Below are positions 11,418 through 25,100 of a stretch of 64,000 bases of DNA, piece after piece. Both the position numbers and the translations under genes were made by a program. The stretch is from Balanoglossus misakiensis (lineage: Eukaryota; Animalia; Hemichordata): NCBI GenBank assembly GCA_040954595.2, contig CM082582.2, forward strand, positions 6,946,063-7,010,062. Direction: 5' to 3'. The notes beneath the pieces are model-generated. The model did no database searches and was not told the origin of the DNA. It saw only the letters and a program-made list of their open reading frames with translations. The first letter of the stretch is position 1; every line of letters begins with the position of its first letter.

Positions 11418-12751
11418 TGTATTCGGTTCTTCAGGCACAATTCGTCCTAGAATGAAAAAGGATAGAACACATTTCTTCAGATCCCCACAGTTATACTGTT
11501 ACATATAGTGATGTTTTACGTTTGCAAACACTTTCATACTAAGTGGAATGAAAACCAAAGAATATTCGACAATACCAGTAACCGTTTCGCCGGGTATATT
11601 TATTCATGATATCAAAAAAATTGTGCCATTCTGTTGGACATTTGTTCAAGTGGCGTGAGGTGTTTGGTGGAACGAAGTTCATCAACGGACACGAGACACC
11701 GGACGGTCAACTAACGGACATCACACACCTGTGGTAGGGATTCGACCGTGGCGGTTCGATTAGTCACAGGTCTGGCCGCGGGCATGTACGGTGCATGTCC
11801 GACATGCAAGCCAAGCCATGCACCAGACCTGATCTGTCTGATCTGCACCAGGTCATTTCCTGACGACAGACCTGCCACAGGTCTGACCAGCCAGTCCAGC
11901 ATCAGGATCGGACCTGCACCAGGTCCGATCCAGCAGAATGCGGTAATAGACACGGGTATACTCACCAATCCTGTAGAAAACTTTGTTCCAACTTCACACA
12001 CAGCTCTGAGAACTCTGGTGACTGCCGAGGCAATACTTACTGTTTAATATATATAGGCCTACAGTGTATATTTCCCAACACGATATAAAAACATTTACAT
12101 ATGCATTGAGCAGTAGGTGTCTGGCATATAGTAAGACAGTCTAGATATAAAAATAAATATCTATTTTTATATTATAAATTTTCCGAACAACGCATTTTGC
12201 CAGCATCTGTTCTTACTTCGCTTGTCGAATAAATCGCACGCCTTGTTCAAATTCTGAGACTGGCAGCCACCTAAAGTGCCCTTTGGCAGAATGAAAACAA
12301 GAAAGAAACATTAAGGCGTGTTCTTGTAAGTGTGCGAAGCAAAATCTGTTCAGATTTCGAAACATTTGAAATCCCGTTTGCACTGATTTGAGCACATAGA
12401 AATGGGCGTTTGCCATATGCATTGGAATAGTGCACACAGCATCAGTTCAAAATAGTCCCGACGCGATTTCAATTCAAACGTATGGCAATCCGGAAATATT
12501 TTGCTCTGCCCGCTTCCAACGACGCAGGTTAAACCTTTTTCGTCTGATGTCTATTTTAAAGCTGTCTAAGAGACGCTTTGTTGCCACGTCACCATCTCTC
12601 AGAATAAACAGCCACTTATTGGACAATACACCAAGACGGGAAATGGAACACTTCGGCGGAAAAATATACGATTGTCAGAGGCCCTGGGTCTCTGGTACCG
12701 ATGCACATACATTGAGGGACTTTGTTATGTAGGTTAGGTTTGCTGTTGTTT

Positions 12752-13138
12752 TGTGACCAGGTGTGTTTTCGCTTACTTTCGTAATTTGAATATTTGCATG
12801 ACCAGGTGTGGTGCATTCATTATTTTCCCCATACAAAAAGCCCGCACGTTGTGTTGCGGCGTAGCTGCTAATTTGAACTTGCCCGAGTGAGCTGTTCTGT
12901 TCCTCGCCGGCTTGGAAGCTGTGCCGTATTTCCTGATACACTGGTCTTGAAACCGCGCCCAGAAGCCGTGCTACCATGTCTTGAGGAATTCGTCTGAAAG
13001 CCGTGCCGTCTACCGGGGAATCGTGCCAGAACGCTACTCGGACTGAACGTCGCTGTCGGAACTGCCGTGGCGTTGGTCGCGTTCGTCGTGCGCTACAGAA
13101 CCTTGGACTCTGTCTTTCATTTCGCACACCTGGTCACA
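12752..13138. mobile_element. Putative non-autonomous DNA element (MITE-like, 387 bp) with 14-bp perfect terminal inverted repeats
   Basis: TGTGACCAGGTGTG (12752-12765) and CACACCTGGTCACA (13125-13138); an internal repeat of the TIR core near 12800; GC-richer interior; TTT on both flanks. Superfamily not determined. Confidence 0.55.
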
Positions 13139-14576
13139 TTTAAGGTAGCCACTTATTTTTGTGCGTTTTTTCAGTGTATAACCATTTTAGATTTACCCAT
13201 GTTTATTTGTAATAATTAAAAAGTTTCCATAAGCAAGGAAATAACATGTGGTGTGCCTATTGTCTCAAAGGTAAAATTCAAGATGGCCGCCAAACTACAA
13301 TATAAACTGGAAAAATAAAGTACCGTCAAACAGCATTTGAGACTAATACGATAACACATAGTTGCCGTGCAAATTTGTAGAATGGTTTTCCGAGTATCCA
13401 CCGGGTCTGGAAAGAAAAATGCCATCAATTCGGAAATTTATTGCAGTCGTCAAGAGTTTTGTAAATTGTAAAAGTCGGGCAAGGATACTTGGACTGAAGT
13501 GTTATGGTAAATACCAAGTTGGAGGTTAATATTAGACTAGATTGATAATACATAACTAATATTTTCTTGCGCCGCGGAACAACAGTCGAGGAACAGTCGG
13601 CTGGCCTGATCGCAAATACGCATGCAGATATATCCGACTTGTAAACAACGGATCTAAATGATTGACTTGAGAGGTAAGGCAAGAAGCGTCGATTCTGTCG
13701 TGTTTGTATGACTGCAGTACAGCTGAGTCGCGCTCTGTGTCGCCACAATGAGTGAACGGTGTCCTATAGCATGTATATAGGTGTACCGCCCGCGTTCCTA
13801 GTTACAGTGTGTATACTATGCACGGGTCACAACACAGGTGAACTTCCTTGCGGCCATGGTGACTTTGAAATGCCCATACTAACCCCTGCACAATTACCCC
13901 CCCCCCCTCCCAGGCCATTTGTCCTGGCCACATGTTGTGTACGTGTTGTCGACCGATGTACTCACATGGATCTTGGCTAAAGTTGTTATCGTCATGGTTA
14001 CCTGTCCACTGACGCACGCGTCGTGGTCGCAACGTCAAAATGCGGACGTTTCTCATGGGCAAATGTCTCAGAGTTATCTGATTTTCATCGTCATGAATTG
14101 AAATATGTTTAACTATGAATTCAGTATATTTAAATACGACATAATTTTTCGCCATTTATTCGACTGCCAGAGAAATTGGTCAGTTGCTGTTGGAATAAAC
14201 CTCAAACCGCCAGATGTCTGTTGTTAAACCTTCTACAGTAGACGTGAGGTTGTCACCAACTTCTAGAATACTCAACAAAAACGTTTATAAGCGTTATTTT
14301 ATTGTTTGGGGCTATATAAACTTCAGACACAGCTAAAATACGACTGCACAGAAGACGGTCTGGTGCCAGTGTTACTACGGAACGCAAAATTGAGTTTAGA
14401 CAACATTAAAACGTGGATACGTCGTTGCTAGGGCCAACGTTTAATTTGTATTTATGTACCATGAAATATAATTTCATGTCCTGTATTTTATAGCACAGGT
14501 ACTTTCCTGACTGGATCTATGGCAGCATTATGACAGAAGAGATGTTTTGAGGGCCAGCAATCTTAGTCGCTGATGT

Positions 14577-17500
14577 ATGCCGTGTGAGACATCGTTACAC
14601 AATATGCTAAGATTGACACAGGAGGTAAGGAGTCCGATCTATTGATTGAATGACTGATTGATTGGTTGGTTGCAGATACACGTGAAGTATAATGCACTAA
14701 ATTGAAGGTTTGATTATTCTAGCTCAGACTTGTGATAGTTTGATCTCTTTGTTCCCAGGAAGAACAGGTAGTGAGACAGGCCGAAAAATACAACGCGGAG
14801 AAAAACTTCGAGGTAGGGCGACACCGTATTTCTGTGTATCGGTCGGATTCTTATGCGCATTGGAACACAAATTATCAATGCATTTAGACATACGGCCGTA
14901 AACTTTTTAAAATCAAAGATGTGTTATCCCTTACCAGTATTAACTAAGGTCACAAATTCGACGTATCAACGATTTGATTAGTTTGCAAAATATTTGCCAT
15001 CCACATTGGTTACCAAGCAACATATGATACTTGCCCCTTCAAGTTTTGCTAAGACAATTAGGTCAGGTATTCCGATCTCATACCGCATGGTAAACTTAAT
15101 GGCGATTTCCTTTCTGAATCTTGAATTACTGAGAACAAACCAAACAACATGTGAGTGGTGGTGTTGACTTTATTCTTTTAAAATAATCACCGTTCGTCTG
15201 GGAAAAAAAATTATATAGTTGATCAACGGGGACCTACTCGATAAACAATGACAATTGACAAATCTGTACTGTATTTTGGCTGCTTCTAACTTAACCCCCA
15301 CTCCCTGCCAGACACGTTCAATCACGGACATCAAACAACGAATCGTCAGGCCATACATTCATGCGAACAACGGAGGGTTTTTTTTCGTGATATAGCAGTC
15401 TACGAAGGTTCTGTCTACGACATGCACGGGAACACTTTGGAATTGGTTTGAATCGCGTCGTTTTCGCCGGGACACATTCAAAGTAAAATCGTGGTGATAG
15501 TATACACTAACCTGTCGAGACGTGATACAGTGAGGACGAAATCACAGTGACCCTCCAAAATTTCCCCTTTTCACGAGAATAGATTCCAACGAAAATAAAG
15601 TGTCTAGATGCATGCTAAAAATACTGATACATATTTGGTTCATGTCTGCCCGTCTCTTCCAGGACTTAAAGGGTTATCCGTCGCTGGGGGCGCGAGTTTC
15701 ACGCGGAGCCAATTGGAAATGGGACATGCAAGATGGTGGGGCCTATGGCACCGTTGTGAAACACCTTGCCGGAGGTAAAAGAAAAACGTGCCCTTTGGGA
15801 CGACAAATCAGTACATTAGTTCACTGAAATGGTATTTTTCAGCTGGATCTTTTTATGGAAGATCATCAGCTAAGAAATAGAAATACTCTACCATATTAAC
15901 GAGTTCTGGCATGGTAGACGTTATGGGCATATTCTGTTTGTGTGAGATCACATCTAATTCTATCAACAGGTGTTATTATCGTACACTGGGATTATGGGTA
16001 CATCAACAGCTATAGACACGGTGCGGAAGGAGCCTTTGATCTGAAGGTAAATTATATTGATTGCCAAAATGAACTGTGTTAAACGATATTGCATTTTACT
16101 ACTATTTTAAAATATTTGTGGAGTTGTTAATTTGCGCAGTATGTTCAGTGGGAAATTTACAGATTATAGCAGCTGTTAGTCACAGACAGTGCTTTTTCAC
16201 CAATAGACCTTTTTAACAAAAAAACATTCTTCAGTCATGTACCACGAAATAACAGTCTAGTCTAAACTCTTCTAGGTAGCCAATGAAAACCCAGACGGAG
16301 CGCGATTTATCCTTCCAGGCGAACACATAAAGATAGGAGTCAGGGTCCAGAGAGGTATGCACCAAAAATGCGTCGGGGGGGGGGGGGGCAGGGAAGAGGA
16401 CGTCACATGTACTGTCCCCTCCCGATATTTTAGATATAAACGGCATCATTATTTCGTTTTCTGTGTTCCAGCATGTTGCTAAGAGTTATGGTATGGGTAA
16501 ATCGTCTACAATTTTTTTCCTTTTAACATCTATTTTAAATATTGACGTCATATAAAAACGCTCGGAAGCGTTTACTTTCAATAACTTGGTGTTTTGCTTT
16601 AAACAAACATTCCCCAATTCCTGCAGAGGTATGTCCAAACACTAAGGCTGCATTCACAAACACCTCTGGAGGGGGGGGGGGCGGGAGAATTCAAATTTTT
16701 TTACCGCTAATTTTCACATGCCCCCCTTCCGAACTGCCAATATTTTCAAATCCCCCCCTTCCGAACTGCCAAAATTTTGAAATCCCCCCCCCATTTTCTT
16801 TCACTGAGCAAAACACATCACCTATCTATCTTGTAAAAAGAAAAACAGCGCTCCCATGAAAAGAATTTGAAACTGATGTTTTCCCTCATCAGTGGGTATT
16901 AAAACTGAACATTGTTTTTATTTTTTAAGTACATATATTTGTATTCTGTGTTGGGAGACATTGTAAACCGAGAATTGAAGGGGGTGGGTTTGGGAGGGGG
17001 TGTCCCCCTCCCACGTAAGAAAATTTTCTAAAATACAGAGCTCAAAGCTGCATTTTAATGAACCCGGCAAAAGCAAATTAACTCAACTACCGGTATGTTG
17101 GGGAGGACAAATTTAACCGTCGCTGCTCAAAGTTATCATGGGGTGGGGGCAAGTCCCCTGACCTGGGATACTAGATAAACCAGTCAATGATTGAAAGGTG
17201 TTGATGAATGGAGGGGGTGGGTGTGGGAGGGGGTGTCCCCCTCCCACATTAGAAAATTTTGTAAAATAAAGGGCGCGAAACTGCATTTTTGTGGACTCAA
17301 AATAAATATTTAGTCGTTAAAGTTTTCAAGTCCCCCCCTTTCAGTCCCTAAATTATTTCAAATCCCCCCCCTTACATACCCTCAATTTTTTCAAATCCCC
17401 CCCCCCCTCAATTCTCCCGCCCCCCCCCCCTCCAGAGGTGTTTGTGAATGCAGCCTAATGTGTCATTGTCCTATTTATATACATGTAATTTTTTCGTAGG

Positions 17501-18147
17501 ACCTGACTGGGAGTACGGTGATGAAGACGGTGGCGCTAGTAACATTGGAGCCGTGTACTATATCAAACACGAAGCTTATTTTAACGTTAGAGTACGTTAA
17601 CTTTGAATTTAATTCAGCAAGCATTTTCAAGAATTCTGATAGACCGCGGGGATATTAATGGAGGATTTCACTTGTAAAATCGGTTGGCATTGTCATGGCA
17701 TGGAAAGGGACTGAAAAGTCGTGTTGTCAGATACCCGACCCATTACCAGTACCACCAGAAAATAATTGGGTGTTTATCGAAATCTAGAAATAAACTGTCA
17801 GTTTGCTTGTTTCACAAGATAACGGTAAATTCAATTTTTGTTAAATTTAGGTCAGATGGTCAAATGGCAACAGGGGAGTTTACCGTTATACCAGCGGCGT
17901 GTACGAGTTACAGGTCGTTATTCCAGGTGAGAGCCGCATTTGAGACATTCACGAGAGAGAATATTCCGAATATTAACCGTAAAGTTTCTCTGCAAAGACG
18001 GATAACCCAACAAGATGACTCGGTGCAGCAGCTGTCTTGCAGTCTGAATCCTCAACTTCTGGCCATGGATGATCAATCTTTACTTTGATACTCGAGTGAA
18101 TTAAATCATCATCATCATCATCATCATCGTCATCGTCATCGTCATCG

Positions 18148-18189
<42 letters not shown>

Positions 18190-18609
18190 CCCGGCTTGTA
18201 TGGTTCCGTGGTTTCACCAAAGATTCACTACCCTGCGGTTGTTGTTTTTTCAGGAACTTCGCCAACGATATCTCCTGCGCACCTCAAGACGTACAGAGAG
18301 AACATAGAAAAGAACATGGAGCTCACGCGGACTCCGAGATCATCCATAGAGTTGAAGCGACTTGGGGATCTACAGACTGAATTTGTGCAAATCGCTGCTC
18401 GGCCAAAACTGACGCCCAAAATCGGCCCTCTGCCCAGTACGGACCCCGACCCGGGTTTCCCCGGCAGCGAGACACCGCCCTTGTCGGGCAATCTGCTGGT
18501 GCACCCGACTGGCCGTTCGTCTCCCGATGACCATGATGCCAGTTCGGGGGACCAGGAAGAGGGAAGCGATGTCGAGGAAATCAGAAGTCGTATATGTCAT
18601 TTATTATAG
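14577..18609 (+). CDS. Protein with two tandem MIB/HERC2 domains, low-complexity tail and C-terminal CaaX (CHLL), ~297 aa
   Basis: Exons 14577-14624 and 14759-14812 (both tentative), 15663-15774, 15970-16046, 16276-16354, 17500-17591, 17851-17926, 18254-18609; all phases match. Domain 1: GARVSRGANWKWDMQDGGAYGTVV...VHWDYGYINSYRHGAEGAFDLK. Domain 2: GVRVQRGPDWEYGDEDGGASNIGAV...VRWSNGNRGVYRY...YEL. Confidence 0.85.
16646..17455. mobile_element. PIF/Harbinger-type MITE (810 bp) in an intron of the MIB/HERC2 gene
   Basis: ~46-bp TIRs GGCTGCATTCACAAACACCTCTGGA(G)nCGGGAGAATT at both ends; 3-bp TSD TAA at 16643-16645 and 17456-17458; internal direct repeats (gggaggggg tgtccccctcccac twice; ccccttccgaactgccaa twice); no ORF. 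Confidence 0.88.
18106..18189. repeat. (CAT)n microsatellite with CGT variants
   Basis: About 28 CAT/CGT units in the last intron of the MIB/HERC2 gene. Confidence 0.95.
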
Positions 18610-19094
18610 TGAATGTTTAGTCATGGTTCTCGTACCTTAAATTATTACCACTTAACTTTCGGGTATATTTGAAAGATTTTTGTCAGTGCATGTATATTAC
18701 TGCAAGTTGCTTCTATGAATTTCGTTTAGCATGATGAAATCAGTAATTGGCTTATCAACACGGCCTAGGTACATTGTTATTGTTATTGATAAACGAATGT
18801 ATGTATTTATGTACTGTATGTACTGTATGTATCGAAGTGTATACGTGTTTCTTACATTGTACATGTATAGTAATAATTTCACTGTTCACCACAAATTCAT
18901 ACATTGACTGCACACATACTCACACTCAGGAACCACTGGCATAGCCAGTTGGTTTCGACATGTAGGGTCTCAAAAAATATTTTATTTTTTATTTGTAAAT
19001 TAGTTGTTTAACCGAAGAAAACAATGCCGGAAATGTAAATTGGGAATGCTTCATGTTAAAGAGTGGTGGTCGTTTATTTACAGGGGAAATATTG

Positions 19095-21970
<2,876 letters not shown>

Positions 21971-22109
21971 GGAGGTCGGTACGCATGCGTGCTGGGGAAC
22001 TGAAATCGACCTTCGACCCGAACTAACCTTTCACCCCAAACAGCTGGACTTCTGTCGATCGCGCACATGACGCCTGAGCTGATCCGGACTCTCAGTTTCA
22101 TCCTAAAAG
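21971..22109. promoter_or_regulatory. Compact bidirectional promoter of DECR1/BOLA3
   Basis: Only 139 bp between divergent ATGs; CpG-rich; palindrome ACGCATGCGT (NRF1-like) at 21981-21990. Confidence 0.7.
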
Positions 22110-25100
22110 ATGTTCCGTGCTGTGTTATCTCGTAGATTTGTAAGTATAACTAGCTTGTGCGATAAAATGTTTGGATGTGAACTTTCAGAAGCAAACAATG
22201 TTGAATAAAGCGATCTCAGCAAGTGTGTTTCCAATGCCTGTGGTGTATCACTCTCTTCTCTCCAGTTATGGAAACACATGCAGCTATCTGTTGTTGGCGG
22301 GGGGGGGGGGGGGGCGTGTCAGCAGAGAGGGCGTACGTTTGATATAGTGCTAGCCTAGCTATGAAACCATTGTCCAAAAATGAAATTATTGACATGCATG
22401 TTTGTGTGCATTGAATGATTGAATTATGACAACCACTCATTGCCTCCTAATTGAACATATTTCAGTGAGCAGAACAGATAAGCCTAAAAGAAGCTGTACT
22501 CAAAACAGAAGACAAGAGTGAGTCAGTACATACAAACATTCATGCAGTTTTCTCTTTGCATTTATATTTCCCTAGAATGCAGCCTTACATAAACTCAGGC
22601 TGTTCTCATCGCAGACAGAAGGAGAAGTTAGAATATCTGCAATTTTGAAAGAGAAATTTCCAGCAGCAGAATCTGTGCAGGTGTCCGATATCTCAGGTGA
22701 GGTGTGCATGATTGTGATATGGACTCAAGTTTTGTTGGGATCAGATTTTGTTGGTTTGGCCATAGTAGAGGAACCATGAAAATGTGAAACACCCAATGAA
22801 ATCTTTTGCCCAAACACCAAAGCAAAAAGCAATTTAGGGACCACCAGTGTCATAAAGTGCGCCACCTATGGCAAAAACTGAATCTGGCAATAGCACAAGT
22901 CATCAAAAAGTTACCAAAACTATAGCTTATATCAATTACAGGAGTAGAATTGTTTGTTCTTGGTTGTTAATGATTTTGTTTGTTTGTTTGTTTGTTTGTT
23001 TTGACAGGTGGATGTGGAGCCATGTATGAAGTGAGGATTGTGTCTGATGAGTTCAAAGGCAAGAGAACTGTTATGCAACACAGAATGGTGAACCAGGTAA
23101 AGAAAATATCTCAATGCCTCACATACCTAATGTCGCGATACCATGATGGGTGTATCTGTAACACTCTTTTTGGAGTAGGCTCAAAAACAAGGAAATTCCA
23201 AAGTCCTCATTGTTTTAAGTCAAGTGTGACATGATGACAGAGCCCGTTGTTTTTGTGTACTTTGATATCACTGGTCAGACAATAGCAGTCATCGAGGCGG
23301 GGTACATGTACCTGTTACTTCCTGGTCATAAATAAGTGTCACTTGTACCGGTAATTTAAGATACGTGATACATTGCAACTGTTACCGATGTGACTGACAC
23401 ATAGCAGGCAACTTTAAAATGTGTTGTTTTTGACATCACTGGTATACAGCTGAGAGTCAATCATCGCGGGCATGCTTGACTGCGTACGTGAAGAATTTCC
23501 CCCTACTTTGTCTACATTGTCACAGTGGTACACCATGCGCCATCACTCAAGACACGTGTATGGTGCATTTATCTTCGTTGATTATTGTAAAAATGCACAG
23601 TATTGCGTTGAACACAAGTTATGTTGTTGGCTTGAGTTTTTCTTGAAATTGTTCACATCATCGATGTTAAGTACACCAAATTAATCTTTAAAAATAAGCA
23701 TTGGAATTTTCGGGACAGCATGGGGATCAAGATGAACGAAATGTGTATCAGGTCGCCCTGAAAAAGTACACCAAAATGGCGACCTGTCTTTGGGTGTACC
23801 TCTACCCAAATCCTGACATACTCCCCAGCCTTCAACCACGCGCGTCATACTCCGTCATTAGCTGAAATGATTGTTTCAGGCACTGCCAGGTTTACTGGTG
23901 TTCGTAGTGACAACGAGTCAACCTAGAGTCACCCGCTACAATCATTGCAGCTAACACAGTCATGAGCCACCAATATGGAGCCACCTACATTGTCGCTAAG
24001 GGAGGCCCCTCAGTGCATAGTGATAGGATCATGCACCGGCTTCAAATGCAGTTACATTCATCACCATGTTATGTAATTTTATAGCAACCAAACGTAAGAG
24101 AAATATGCCACTTCAGATTTTAAAAAAATTATCAATGACCTGTACTATATACATGTATCTGTAAACAAACACTTTAAACATTGTGGTCACACCCTCAGAC
24201 TTTGATTAAACTTCTATAAATATATTTTGCTATTTTCAACATTTTCTATGCACGTATGTGCGTTGGATGGGGGCGACAGATGCCTGTGAAATGCAGAGAG
24301 TTGAAGTGTCACAAGAATCAGCCATTTATCCCCATGATCCCCGGCAGGATACAGCTCCACTAATATCATCTGATCTGGTGTTACATGACTTTTTTTCTAA
24401 CTTTTTTTTTTGCTTTTGAGTTATGGAAGATGGAAGCTGACAAAATTTGCAATCATGGAGTGATTATGTTGCTGACTATACTGCATCCACATTCCAGTCT
24501 TACGTAGGAACTAGTCACAAAAATTTAAAAAGTTTCAACAAGTTTGAGAATTGTTGGTTTGAAAGTGTATGTGTGTGTGTGTGTGTGTGGGGGGGGGGGG
24601 GTACAAGTCAAGTTGTTTGGGGATTTGACAGGAACCCCCCCCCCCCCAACAGATTATCTTACATGTATAAGTATGGGTATACTATTGTTCTGGGCAAATT
24701 ATTTTATTATCTCGGCAAAGAAGTAAATTACCAGCGAGAACCATGAACCTTCACACTTATCACAGTGTCAATTATTTTGCAATTCGCTGCAGATAATACA
24801 TTGTAACTGTATATGGACATTAACCCATCATACAGCACTCCACCCATGATGTTGACGAGGTACATTGTTGTTCAGCATCACGCAGTAACCTTTTCCCACT
24901 GTAATAGCCTCTGCACTGGTTCCAAGATATTGATAAGATAAAAGTCTGATTTTCAGAAATGTCATGATTCACTAACTCTTCAGTGGTTGATTGCTTACTT
25001 TTTAGTTTCCTATCGATCACACAGGCCGAGTCTTGAGATGATATTTTTTCTCAGACATTGTGATTATTGCGAGACAAAATAAATCAGCTGCAAATAGAAT

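Noticed and set aside
12675-13127. 150-aa Arg-rich ORF inside the TIR element
   Set aside because: No transposase motifs, non-ATG start; explained by GC content.
23045-23070. CTGATGAG hammerhead-like core
   Set aside because: Lies in a BOLA3 coding exon; no flanking stems or correctly placed GAAA.
23240-23475. Weak ~170-bp tandem similarity in the BOLA3 intron
   Set aside because: Too degenerate to define boundaries by eye.
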